Positions 48,001-60,296 of a stretch of 64,000 nucleotides of DNA are shown here, piece after piece. The notes under the pieces were generated by a model. It was given only the letters and a program-made list of their open reading frames with translations, was not told the DNA's origin and searched no databases. Location: positions 13,206,001 to 13,270,000 of the forward strand of contig JBHGNT010000014.1 of NCBI GenBank assembly GCA_043228905.1, written 5' to 3'. The DNA is from Azolla caroliniana. Lineage: Eukaryota; Plantae; Polypodiophyta. Each line of letters starts with the position of its first letter. The first letter of the stretch is position 1. Both the position numbers and the translations under genes were made by a program.

Positions 48001-50020
48001 ATCAAACATTCGGCTTTATAAAAGAACTAAGTAGCATGATGGGAAACAATATCATAAAGTGTCCTTCAAGGTATCATTGTCATTGGAATGTAACTGGGGT
48101 TCACTAAAAAGGTGATGGAAAATATTTCATCCAACCTTTAGCAAGAGAAACATTTCAACAATCATGAGAGGTTATATTTGTGTGTGGTGTCATGTACTTA
48201 GGGCCCATCCCATAGATGACTCTTAAGGTGTTACCATTTCCTCCAACTTTAGACAGAGAAAGATTAACCCAAACCTCTTTGATTCACAGTTGGAGATTCG
48301 TGTACTATTGGAAATTGGGTGGTCTACTTAGGAAAGAGGCCACCACCACAAAAACTAAAGGTGGTGGTGATGGCCTAAACAACTAACTATCTCCTTAGAA
48401 GTTCCCAACTTTAGCAAGAGACCCAATTTCCAAACCTCCTTTTGGAGTAATGATTAAAGGAGATCTAGTAAAAGAGTTATGTGGGGGTGATCCATATACT
48501 TAGGGCCACTAAAAAGGTCATGGTTCGTTAACATGCCCTCTAACTTTAGTAAGAGAGATATTACTCCAAGAGATCCTTCTATTGTCTATTGTGAGCGATT
48601 TTCCTTTATTTATTTATTTATACTTAGGGGCCACCACCACCACTACCACTACCTAAAGGAAGAAGGGGAGGCGGGCCTGTAGTTAAACTAGAAGAACCCA
48701 GCTTCTACATCTATCTATTTATTCCAACAAATATCTACACCCATTTGGAGTTGTTCTATGATTGATAGATGAGTTTACATTGGGTTAGTTATTGGTACAT
48801 ACTGCTGATAGTTAACAATGAATGGCCTACTACTATATTTGGCTAGAAGAGAGAAGGGGGGGAGGGAATGATTCCATATATATCATTAGAGATTCGGAAT
48901 CGGTTAGCAAGATGAGTGAGTGTGTTGTAAAAGATGAAGAAAAAAGACCATTCAATTTTCTTCCTAAGTTTGGCAAGGTGTTAAGTTTTTCAAAAAAGAA
49001 AACGGTTCGAAGAGGAAAGAAAAGAAGAAGAAAAGAAACGAGAAGAGATTGGAATGATGAGAATTAACAAAAGAAAAACATATAGGAGACGAAGAAAGAG
49101 AAATTTGGAGCTAGTTTTAAGGAAAGGGGGGGGGGGGGGGCTAAATTTGGGGGGCGGTAAAAAGAAAGAATAGAAGAAGTAAAAAAAAGAGAGGAAAGAG
49201 GTGTAAAGAAATTGCAAGCCGAGTTAAAAGAAGAAGGGAAATTAATTTAAGTAGAGTTAATTGATGAACCCACACACCATGTCACACATATGTAATACAT
49301 TCATTTACGAGTCTTATTATTGTGATGGGGTTCGATGATTCATAGTTTCTTTGAAAGTTTGATTTTTTTTTTCTTCTTCTTCTTTCTTTTAGAAGACCGT
49401 CTTTTAGACTTAAGAGAGAGAGAGAGAGAGAGAGCATCCACATCCATATATCCCATCCACAGTATGAACCATACGCACCATACTCACATTCGCGAATGTT
49501 TAAATCATTCGAGTATGGTAAAACACCCTCAAAAGAATGGTAAATACTAAATACCATACTTTTGGATTAACTATTTGTTATGAGATAAATAAACCCCCCC
49601 AAAAAACAAAAACACCCCAAAAAAAAAAAAAACTTAAAAAAGGGGAAAGAAACAAAAACAAAAAACACACAAAAAAGAATGTTTGAATAACATTCGCATT
49701 CGTGTTCCAACGTAGGAAACGAATGTTATGTTATGTTATGCTAGACGAACACGGGATATTACGTAACTATGTTTTTTATTAAATCCATCCATTCTCATCG
49801 GAACTTAAAATCTAAAAAAGAATGAAACGAAACAAAACAAAAAAAAAAAAACCTTCTCAATTTAATGCTTTTCCTCTCTCTCTCTCCTTCCTTTTGTGTG
49901 CGTGTGTATTTTGTGTGCGTGTGTGTATGTATGTATGTATGTATGTGTTTTTTTTTACTGGGTAAAAAAACACACACAAAACGAAAGTGAAAAACCGATT
50001 AGAGCCGTTATCTAATCCGA

Positions 50021-50023
<3 letters not shown>

Positions 50024-50105
<82 letters not shown>
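50024..50105. repeat. Compound (CT)n(AT)n microsatellite
   Basis: Direct reading. Confidence 0.95.
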
Positions 50106-50110
<5 letters not shown>

Positions 50111-50172
50111 CCTATTTTGTATGTGTGCATCATCACCTACTTCATCACTCAATCTTCTGCTACAACTAATAT

Positions 50173-50197
50173 CCCTAACCCTAACCCTAACCCTAAA
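50173..50197. promoter_or_regulatory. Telomere-like (CCCTAA)n tract / telo-box-like element in the 5' leader
   Basis: CCCTAACCCTAACCCTAACCCTAAA ~70 bp before the ATG. Confidence 0.5.
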
Positions 50198-50266
50198 CCT
50201 TCACCTTCTTCTTCTTCTTCTTCTTCCCCCTCTCACACTCGCCTCCTCAGACATCCATATCCAAGC

Positions 50267-53245
50267 ATGCATTTCCGCAGGGCCAAGCGTTCCGCCTCTG
50301 TGAAGGCCGACAAGGAGAATGCACCCACCGCCATCGCCATCGCCATCGCTGAGAGCAACGCCACCACCATCATCAGCTCAGAAACCAACCTCCACGCGCC
50401 ATCGCTGTCTTCATCCTTACCTTCTTCTTCTTCTTCTTTTTCTGCATCATCATCATCATTATCATCGTCCACTCTGTGTATAAGCTGCAGCAAAATAGTA
50501 CTCCGCCCCGCTCATCCCCAACCTTCCATCGCAGCTCCTGCTAATCAATGCAGCAGCAACAGCATCCCCCCTCGTCTCTTCCGCTGCCACTCCGACAGCT
50601 CCCAGCGAGTCATCTGCTCCGATGTCAACCTTAACACATCCTGTACCCTGAAAAGCAGTTGCCCCTCTACTACTACCTCCCATCATCATCAACATCATCT
50701 TGTCCATCGCCATGCCTTCTCTGCCGAAGAGAAAATGTCCAATCTTCAAGACCTCAACTCTACCCTTGTCAGAGAAGTTTCGTCTCTGCGTGCCTCGCAA
50801 TCGAACATGAAAGCCCTGCAAATCCAGCTCCAAGCAACATCTTACACCGCTGAATCGCTGCGTAGGGAGAAGGAGGAGCTTGAAGAAGATGTGGAGAACA
50901 TCCGATCCGAGATGAGTGAGAGAATCGAAGCTGAAAGGAAAGCTGCGGCCACGGCTGAAGATCGTCTTCTATCCGTCAGCTCTATGGTGGAGAACCTGCA
51001 GAGCACTAACGATCGTCTTGCAGCTGAAGCAGCTAGACTAAGAGAGGAAGCAGAAGTTTCCATGGCTGAGAGGGGGAAACTGATGGATGAGATGGATAAG
51101 ATTCTGGGAGAAAAGGATATTCTGGAAGATCTGGTCGAGAGTTTGCGACTTGGTGAAGAAGCTCTCACTCGAGCTCTCGCAGAAACACGTGCAGAGAAAA
51201 CTGATTTGGAAGCAGACAAACAGAAGCTCTTGTCTGAGAACGGAGAGCTTCGCGACTCAAATGAGAAGCTTTCTGAGAATGTCCTGGAACTCACGTCTGA
51301 GAAAGACGTATTAGCAGAAGAGAAGTTAAAGCTTCGGTTAGAGCTTTCGACTTTGGAGAAGGAGAAGCAAAAGCTCGTCTTTGAGAATAGAGAGGTTCAG
51401 CACACAAATGAGAAGCTTTCTGCGAATGTTTCAGAGATCAACTCAGAAAAGAACGTCCTAACAGAAGAGGTAGCGAAGCTGAGGTTGGAGCTTTCAGCTA
51501 TGGCCGAAGAGAAAGAAGAAATGAAGCTTAACCTGGACGTCACCGCAACTCTGTACGCGCGGGAGGTCGCCTTAGAGAAGGAGAAAATGGCGGAGCTGCA
51601 AAAGGAATACGATGGAGCGATGGAGGTGTTACGTAAAGAGAAAGAAGCTCACAAGAAAAGCATGGATGAAGCTTCTCAGCTTCGTTTCTTCAACAAGAAG
51701 ATTAACGATGAGAAAGAGAGATTGAAGAAGGATGTCCATAGTTTGCAGAATGAAAACCTGCGTCTGCTATCTCAGGGAAAGATGCAGCAGGAAGAGCTTA
51801 AAGACATGCACAAGGAGCTTCTTCACTCCAAGAAGGTCTGTGAAGAGACCGAGATCCAGAAGAAGGCAGCCATGAAGCAAGCGGCTATGGTGGATGAGAA
51901 GCTGAAGACTGTTACTGATTCCAACGAAATGATCACCTTGAAAAATATTGAGCTCCAGAAGGAGCTTTCTGCGTCCACAAAAGTATCGTCTAGCCTCAAA
52001 GATGAGCTTTTCAATGTCCAGAACGAACTTTTGTTTTGCAAGGAGACCTCTGCTTCTTTTGAAACTCTGTCAGTGAAAGCTGTAGCTCAGATAGGGGAAC
52101 TCGAAGCTAAGCTTGAAGAATCGTACTCTGCAAATGGAGTTCTGCACGCAATGATGGAGAAGCTAGAGTCCCAGCTCTCCGTTGCAGAGAAAGATTTCCT
52201 TCACGCTCGGGAACAAATCAAAGATTTGAAGGAAGAGATTCTTCTCTCTCATAAATCCTGTGCTGAATCAGAAGAACGAAACATGAAGGCCAGCGAACAA
52301 GCAATGGTGCTTCAAGCTGAGATCTCTTCGAGGAACAAGGAATTTCATGATGCCCAGGAAGTGATTGAAACGTTGAAGGAGGAGATTCTTCTGGCTGAGA
52401 AAGTGGCTGCAGAATCGGATATGGAAAAGAAAAAAGCTTTCAACCAAGTCACGAGTCTCCACGCAGAGCTATCTGACTCCAAAAAAGCGATGAATGAGTC
52501 TAACAGAAAGCTTGAAGAAGCTTCCTCCCAAGTGTCAGCTATGGAGGAGAAGCTTGCTGCTGCAGAGAGGCGAGAGAAGTCTCTGGATTCAAAGATTACC
52601 TCTATGAAACATGATCTGGATCGCTTGCAAGAACAGAAGAACGATGAACACCAAAACTTCAGTAAGCGTCTTGAAGAGAATTCAAAGCAAATCTCGATCC
52701 TGAATTCGAAGCTAGTGTCTGCCGAGAGGAGAGAGGACACTCTAAAAGCCCAAATTCAGATAATGAAGGGAGACCTTCTCGTAGCAGAAGAGGCTGCCAT
52801 GGAAGCTGAGAAAAAGAAGAAAGTTGCAGAAAAGGAGAGCAAAGCTATGGTGGAGAAACAAACAAGAGAAGCCTCTCAGAAGATCTCCGTGTTGGAGATG
52901 AAGCTTGCCGACTTTGCAGGAAAACATAAGGAGATGGAGATGCTCGTCAGTGTGAAAGAGAACGCTTGCAAGGCAGCCATGAAAGCAGAGCGAGAAGCAA
53001 AGGCTGCCATGGTCGCTGAGAGGGCAAGGTTGCACAGAATCATGGATCAAGAACAGTTGGAGCTTTTGAAGTCTACAGGGTTGGAGATGAAGATGAATGC
53101 GATCAAGATAAACAGGTATATTGCATCTCTGGAGGACGATTTCTCTGCAGCGAAAATGGAAATCAAGCTACCATTATCAGATGTGTCTAACAAATCGAGC
53201 AAGAATAGTAGGAGCAAGAAGAACAAAAACAGGTGTTCATTGTAG
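50267..53245 (+). CDS. Long coiled-coil protein of unknown function (992 aa), single exon
   Basis: Open 2979-nt frame from ATG 50267; Ser/His-rich N-terminus then ~800 aa of E/K/L heptads; DKENAP near the N-terminus, KLPLSDVSN near the C-terminus. Confidence 0.85.
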   Translation: MHFRRAKRSASVKADKENAPTAIAIAIAESNATTIISSETNLHAPSLSSSLPSSSSSFSASSSSLSSSTLCISCSKIVLRPAHPQPSIAAPANQCSSNSIPPRLFRCHSDSSQRVICSDVNLNTSCTLKSSCPSTTTSHHHQHHLVHRHAFSAEEKMSNLQDLNSTLVREVSSLRASQSNMKALQIQLQATSYTAESLRREKEELEEDVENIRSEMSERIEAERKAAATAEDRLLSVSSMVENLQSTNDRLAAEAARLREEAEVSMAERGKLMDEMDKILGEKDILEDLVESLRLGEEALTRALAETRAEKTDLEADKQKLLSENGELRDSNEKLSENVLELTSEKDVLAEEKLKLRLELSTLEKEKQKLVFENREVQHTNEKLSANVSEINSEKNVLTEEVAKLRLELSAMAEEKEEMKLNLDVTATLYAREVALEKEKMAELQKEYDGAMEVLRKEKEAHKKSMDEASQLRFFNKKINDEKERLKKDVHSLQNENLRLLSQGKMQQEELKDMHKELLHSKKVCEETEIQKKAAMKQAAMVDEKLKTVTDSNEMITLKNIELQKELSASTKVSSSLKDELFNVQNELLFCKETSASFETLSVKAVAQIGELEAKLEESYSANGVLHAMMEKLESQLSVAEKDFLHAREQIKDLKEEILLSHKSCAESEERNMKASEQAMVLQAEISSRNKEFHDAQEVIETLKEEILLAEKVAAESDMEKKKAFNQVTSLHAELSDSKKAMNESNRKLEEASSQVSAMEEKLAAAERREKSLDSKITSMKHDLDRLQEQKNDEHQNFSKRLEENSKQISILNSKLVSAERREDTLKAQIQIMKGDLLVAEEAAMEAEKKKKVAEKESKAMVEKQTREASQKISVLEMKLADFAGKHKEMEMLVSVKENACKAAMKAEREAKAAMVAERARLHRIMDQEQLELLKSTGLEMKMNAIKINRYIASLEDDFSAAKMEIKLPLSDVSNKSSKNSRSKKNKNRCSL

Positions 53246-54586
53246 AGCTTCCATGGATTTCATTCGAAGAGCTTAATTTTAATCGTCTGAATAAAAAAGC
53301 AGGAGCTTCTCCCAATTTGGTTCAAATCAGCCAGCCACATCTAAAATTCCCACCTCGAGAGCAAAGCTTTCCATTTATTTGTTGCTTCTTCCATTCCCCG
53401 ATCAAATGAGAGAGAGAGAGAGAGAGGACATATGAACTCCATATCTCTTCCAATTTTCTGATCAAATCAGACACACAGAGAGAGAGAGAGGAGAGGGGGG
53501 GGGAGGGTTATAAAAACGATTCCTACCTTAGAGAGTAGTGTATGTCTCAGTCATTATCAACAATCGTCTTGATCATCATCATCAGTCCTTTCTGGTTCGG
53601 GTTTCTCATTCCAATTTCACTATCTCAGAGTTTAGGGTTCACTATCATCATCCATGGTGGTGTGTGGATCTTCATTCTCTTTGAAATTAGGTTTTTTTTT
53701 TTTTTTCCTGATGCAGTCTGCGTCCAGTAGACTGGTTTTGACTCCTTTTCCTGGTTATTATTATTGTCATCACCATTATTATTATTAATTGAAATTGTTA
53801 TTGTCACATTCGTTTATTAATTTCGGATCCTTGTCTAACTGTTATTAGTAGTATGATAAATTAAGAATCCTCAGAAATAATAATCCTCAAAAGACCTTGT
53901 AAATGAAATGAATGTTTTTGTGTCCATGACCAATCCTAAATTTATCAATTGGTCGTCCATGTTCAATCCCCAATCTACGCTTCACCCATTGATCGATTGA
54001 TTTGTGACATTTGTCCTTGATCAATGCCTGATATATCCAATCTTACCCATCGATTGATTGATCAAGGTATCATTGATGTTTCATTTCGTGTTGTCTTATT
54101 GACGAATCATTGTCCGTGTTGATCCTATATGTTGTGTAGGCAGCACTTCGTGTTTTTCATACAAATAATCTAAATTGGTATAGGGTATTTGATCTACATA
54201 TCACAGAACCAATGTATTGTTAGATACAATCCTCCATCGTTTGGACAGGAGGGTGGATATGATCTAGAAATAAGCAAGTAATATGAAGAGGGTGGTCTAC
54301 GAAGGCCATTAAGCAAAGGCCCTTCATACAATATTTGTAGGGTTCGTATGTTCATACGAAATTGTTGTTTGGATGCCCAATGGCTTTTAAAGATTTGAAG
54401 TGTTGGACTAGCTCTATTTTTGTCAAATGAACACAACCAAGCATACACACTCCGAATTCTCTAGGATGTGTAGCTCCCAAATTTAAGTCTTCTCCTTAAT
54501 AACCCTTTTGGGAGCTCACATGGAGAAAGAAAATAAACTACTCCTGAGATGAGGTGTGTTGGAGGAGGCCATTGAGTCGTAGTTTC

Positions 54587-54798
54587 TGAAGGGGAATGTT
54601 AGGCAAACAATCTTTATTGGGATCTATCACTTTGAACCTATCGAGAACAAATCCTAGGAGAATGAATCCCAGCCTACATGTCAATTGAAGGGGAAATGCT
54701 AGGCAAACTAGGCAAACAATCTTTCTTGGTATCTATCACTTTGAACCTATCAAGAACAAATCCTAGGGGGGATGAATCCCAGCCTACATGTCAATTGA
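54587..54798. repeat. ~100-110-bp tandem duplication
   Basis: TAGGCAAACAATCTTT...ATCTATCACTTTGAACCTATC...ATGAATCCCAGCCTACATGTCAATTGA twice. Confidence 0.9.
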
Positions 54799-55656
54799 TG
54801 AGCCTGTGCATTAGATCAATATGTTTGGATGGATTTTAATTTATTGTCTGAGAAGCTCTCACAAGAGGGCACTTTCTTTCCAGTGTATTAGATTCTCTCA
54901 TGTTCTTTAGTAATTTAGACAGATTGTCATGCACGAGTGAGGTTCGACAATAGTCAAGCAAGTAACCCTTCACAGTAATTTCTTTGTGAAATACGAGAGA
55001 CTTATTCTCACCTTTGGTAATTTCAACAGATTATTATGCAAGTGTGAAGTTCGAGGATCATGAAGCAAGTAACACTTCACGGTAACATATGATCAATCGA
55101 AGATTGTCAAGCAAGTAACACACTTCATGGTAACATATGATTAAGGCTGTTTGCTCATGAAAAAACTTATGCTCCCCATCCCTCCCTTGCTGCCAACAGA
55201 TATAGAGGTGCAAAATATTATTACATTTATTTGTTGACATGGACATACATACATGCCAAGCTGAAAGATAGCTACCATAGGTTTTTGATATGGCCGCAGT
55301 GCAATTTGTAGTGCAATAGACATGGTCGAGAGTTGAGGACCAGAGCTTTTGTTTTCAAATTCATATGCCATTCAAAAACAATACACACACACACACACAC
55401 ACACACTACATTCTCCATCAGTAATTAGAAATATGCAATTAGTGACAAGTATATATATGGTTAAAGTTAGCAGTGTTTAGTCACCTGTTTAGTCTCAATA
55501 ATCATGTCCATTTCGCAATTATTATTTTTTATTAAATCTTCCAGAGTATTATGGTCAAAGTTCCAAAGACTGACGAAAGAAAACCAAAAGCACCCGTAGA
55601 ACGCACATTATATTTTATCTTGGCATGGCTTCCAAGGATTTTATATACTCTTATCT

Positions 55657-58600
55657 TTACCAGCTAGCTGACTGTGTCCTGCGCAAAATGCGTTTTGGCC
55701 TTACAATTTTACTTGTGACTGGGACAAGTATCTGCATCAACTGCCAATGCCAAATATCAAATGATAAATTAACACCCATTCCTTCATTGTTCAATTAGAC
55801 ATCACAAATAAATTACAATATGTTTCCTCCAAATTGATTAGTGATTAAGAAACACTTGAAAAAAGGGGATAGATTTAAAAACAAAAATGTAGAGGACAAA
55901 AAACAGGATTGAAAGAAAAAAGTAGGTTACAGTAAGAACAATGTTAATATACAGAATTGCGATCTATAACATAGAACCATATGTATTTAACACGCATATA
56001 TCCAGGCATTTCATCAATGTTCCAAAATTTTGAGATGTCACTCGCATAAGATGCATACATTTGTTCATACAAAATAACTAGCTCCAGTGGAACTTGCATT
56101 TGCTAGTAATTTTCTTCATTGTAGGGGTTTTGGAAGCTACAGGACATTTTGGAGATTTCGAAGTTTTACTATACGACCCAAGGAGGACCTACTGTAATAC
56201 ATCTCTCTTTATCAATTCTTAAGCTCAAAATACTCTAGTCTTATAAAGATGTATGCATATGCCTGTGTGCATTTCGTATGTAGGAGTAAGATATGTAAGA
56301 AAACTCTACAGAGAGATGAGAATAAAAATATATGGGGAAGAAATCATATATTTACCATTTAAGAGACTTAAAAAAAATATCATAATACCGTCGACATAGC
56401 AGAACGAAATATAATTCATTATAGCAAATTAAAGATGATGGAAACGCGTACTTTGAGAAAAATCAATCTATAGAAGGAACTACATACACTGTTACACTAT
56501 AGCCTGGATTAGTATTCTAGAACTATAATATCCTTTGTTCTAGCATAAAAGATTCATATTAATTAAAATCATATGTCGATTCAGTCATTCATTAAATGCA
56601 TATTCTAAGATTTCTATCATACACCAGCAAAGATCAAACCACAAATAAATGTGTTTACTATTTAATTGCTCTTCTAAATTAAGAAAACCAATGAAACAAT
56701 AATTTAACAATGAGAAGTACCTCTTTTCTCCTCCGCTTTGTCATTTCAGCCTGAAACTCATGAAAAAAAGAATATGCATAGGAGTCAATATTGTTTATTA
56801 GAAACACAGAAAAGACTTCTCTATGATAATACCCATTTTCTTAATGCAAGAGAATAGTATATTATCGGAAAATTCATCAATCTCTGGAAGTAGGAAATAA
56901 CTATCATATATAGATAGTAGGAAGTAATTGATATTGACCCCATCTAGCAAGGATAACAATTCAATTATAGGTTGTGCCACATTTTTTGCTAGTTGATATA
57001 GTGTTTTCTTGTTTTCGTTTAGACCCTGCTGTGCATTTTTTTCTCCAACCAATTCGAGCTTTTTTGGGGGGTTTATTGAAACTTGAAACCTAATGACTTT
57101 TTATGAATTGAGCTCCAAAAGAATAGTGCAATTTATGATTCTAGTAGTAGTGAATCATGATCAGGGTTCCGAGCTTGTAATCAAATGGTGATCAATGACG
57201 ATGCCTCCTCTAGTGATGCATTGTCTTAGATATATGTTATCATTTATTATTGATAGAACATATTCATTTTGTTTGAAGTTAATCATACAGATACATATGG
57301 ATGCCCTTTTTCATAGAAGGAAACCATTTATTTTACCTTATGAAGTTTTTGAGGCACAACATGGTTTTTTCCAAAAACAATTCTATGGTCTATCTTGATG
57401 ATTTTGCCATGCAAATTTTGCAGAACCTTGTTACCATGCCTCTCATTATTACCATATCATTGATTATGAAAGAGCATAGAATACATGTTTTCCGAACTAA
57501 TGAACACTAGTGAGGAAAAAAACCTGCTGTTGCAAAATTTTTGCATTTTCCTCCTTTAGCAATGTTACCACAGACTCGAGCTCTACAGTATATGCCTTAA
57601 GAAAAGAGATGCAGAAAAAAATTAGGCTCCATTAGTAAAGGAACATGAATTACCATACCGACAGTTGACTGATAGCAGCACATAGGTATTCAAAATACCC
57701 CTAGGTTTTTCTTTATTTCCCAAATACCTTTGTCAAATCCCTCTCAAGCAATTATATTGTCAAATCATCCCTTTTTCAAAAATTTGTCGTGCTATTTAAG
57801 CAATTATATGGTCAAGATGTCCCCTTCTCCTTTTGGGGATTGACCAGGGGCATTTGGTGAAACAAGGAAAACTTAAGGGCAACTAAAGAAAAGGTCAGGA
57901 GTATTTTGGGGTTTGCCCAATACTTCACACTAACCTGTTTTCTCGCTCTAGACCTGGCAGCAGATTCTCTATTCTTAATCATTCTCTTTTGCCGTGGATC
58001 GACTGATTTTTCTTCATGCATATCAAAGAACCGCTTTCGACCAGATACAGCAAGAGAGAGACTGCCTGTGGCTGGATCATAAGGAGTATCAAAACCATTG
58101 GAATTTGTTGATGATGGCAAGCTAGCTGTAACAACACTAGGGGCAACCAACATTCCTGGAAAACCTGTGGCAGCATCCACCTGATATCGATTCTGATGTT
58201 GAGTTTGTTGCACTAGTTGATGTTGATATTGAAGCAAATGTTGGTGAGGCATGTTGCTCTTCAGTTGGAAATTCAACAAATCAGCCTCTGATGAAGTTGC
58301 CTGTGATGTTTGTGAACTGCTTCCTATACCAGTTACAACACTATTGTTACTATTTGACGATGGTTCAACCTCGATTTCTTCTATCACAACTCCTGCTTTC
58401 ATCAAGAAATCTTCCAATGTTGTCTCTCCCAATGTCGTCTGACATTGATAGACATTGTTTGTAGCAGTATAATGGTTACTAGCCTGGTGTATTTCTTTCC
58501 AGACCTCATCCACAGTTTTTCCTGACAAATTCTTAGGCAAAGATAAACTCGTCTGCCTTTGCAATCCAGAAGGCAGATATGAAGTACTTCCTGTCATAGA

Positions 58601-58834
58601 AGAGCTATTATTACCTTCAATTGCATTTGTCATAACTTGGCATTCCTCTACAGTGCATATATTCTTGAGAAACTCTTCCATGTTCATGCTACCAAAGCCC
58701 TTTCCTGGCTCATTTACTGCATTCTGTAGCTCCTCAAGTGTGAGCATGTAAATTGAGCTTTGCCGAGTGAGAGAGGAGAAGGATGCCAGAGGAGCTCTAA
58801 GGGGAACTGAAACATTTGATGCTGCAGACTTCAT
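55657..58834 (-). CDS. Group A bZIP (ABI5/ABF/AREB-like), exons 58834-57935, 57595-57524, 56750-56721, 55740-55657; 361 aa
   Basis: C1 LTRQSSIYMLTLEELQ, C2 LQRQTSL..KTVDEVWKEI, C3 TLGETTLEDFL, basic region RQKRMIKNRESAARSRARKQ|AYTVELE, 72- and 30-nt exons, C4 LRRTQSASW*; all introns GT-AG, phase 0. Confidence 0.95.
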
Positions 58835-58900
58835 CTCACGATACTGTTTCTCTTTGTAAGGAGACAGATATCAAAACATGCTCAAAGATTCAATATCATG

Positions 58901-59860
58901 CAAAATGCTAATGTAATGCAAACTGCACTCTGCGAGAGAAGGTGCTGCAATCAAACTTCTGGAGCCTCACAAAACTGTTCTTTTGCAAGGATATGGATAT
59001 CTGTGATTATGAAGAGACAATTTGATAAAGTGAAACTTCTTCAAATCATGTTTTAGAAATGCAATATATACAAAATGCTAGCACAAAAGCAGAGTATCAG
59101 TGGTAGCTGAGCATGAAGAACAAGCTATGAAGCTTCTGAAGTTCTTTTGCCAGAAGACAAATTTCTACGATGAAGTCGAAACATTTCAACACAACAAAAT
59201 GTCTTCAAAGTATTGCTTCAAGCATGTAAAATCACACCAAATGCTATTGTCGGTGATAAATGAGCTACCCCGAAGATGTATATGAGTGTGAAGAAGGAAC
59301 TCTAAAGCTTCTGAAACTGCGGCTTCAAACAGAAATGCTCTCTTGCAAGGAGATATATCTCTTCGATGATAAAGAGAGAATTCAGCATAGCAACCTGTTC
59401 AAAGCAGACAAAACGCTAGTGTAGAATCAAAACGAGATTGCATGTGGAACACATTGCTTTTCCTGAATGGGAAGAAGATATGGAGCTTCTGAAGTTGTCC
59501 TCTTGCAAGAATATGGCTCTTTGATGAAGACGAGGTCACGATTAAGTACAACAAACCTTGTCAAAGCATAATCCAGGAATGCAATATCACACAACATGCT
59601 AGCGTGGTGCAAAAAGACCTTGCAGAAAGCAATCACCACTGTATCTCAGTGCAATTGAGAAGGTATGGAGGTTCTGATGCTGTACCTTCAAGCAGGGCTC
59701 AGCCACAGCTCTCTTGCGAAGAAGAGAAAACTGAACACAGAAAACCTGCCCAAAAGCATACAACATCATACAAAATGCTAGTATAGAAGCAAAACGAGCT
59801 TGAGGAAGGAAGGCACACAGCACTGTCAATGATGCTTCTGAAGTCGTTGAATGCCAAGGA
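58901..59860. repeat. Ancient ~170-bp motif-periodic array (about 6 units) in the putative 5' UTR intron
   Basis: Unit starts (C)AAAATGCTA-like at ~58901, 59071, 59238, 59409, 59592, 59771, each followed by (G)CTTCTGAA-like and, in the first five units, TC(T)TTGC. Confidence 0.6.
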
Positions 59861-60286
59861 GAAGCCTAAGGATTTCTCCAATGTGTAGCTTCAAACAGAA
59901 CTCTTCAGAGATCGACGAAAAGGCATTTCTGCTTACATGAATGCATAGGAAAAGCCATGGATCTTCAGAATCCTTGGCATCAAACAGAATGCTTCAAGAT
60001 TTTTGATGGAAAAAAAAACGGCGTTTCTGTGCACCTGAGTCAAGGAGGAGAAGCAGTGGTGGAGATGGCGTTGCTGTGACAGAGGGAATGGATCGGGTCC
60101 TGCCTATATGTGGGGGCGTTCGCCATAGCTGTCCCCTCGAAGCTTTCTCTGCGAGCAGAGCAGAGCAGAGCAGGATACGACTTATTCATTTCATTCATTC
60201 ATTTTATTTTATTTTATTTATTTAATTGATTTATTTAAATATTATTTATTGGTGTATGTATGTATGTATGTATGTATTTGAAGGGG

Positions 60287-60296
60287 GCCACGTGGC
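60287..60296. promoter_or_regulatory. G-box/ABRE palindrome upstream of the bZIP gene
   Basis: GCCACGTGGC about 45 bp upstream of TATTTAAAT (60232-60241); putative leader-exon donor CAG|GTGCAC at 60035/60034. Confidence 0.65.

Noticed and set aside
50117-50266. Longer 1042-aa start for the coiled-coil ORF
   Set aside because: Non-ATG start running through telo-like and (CTT)n leader sequence; the first in-frame ATG is 50267
53225-53245. C-terminal CaaX prenylation motif
   Set aside because: Cys is third from the end (RCSL), so it is not a canonical CaaX
57812-57934. ORF-track C-terminus VSVKYWANPK... of the bZIP
   Set aside because: Intron read-through; the conserved donor after RARKQ and the downstream exons were found
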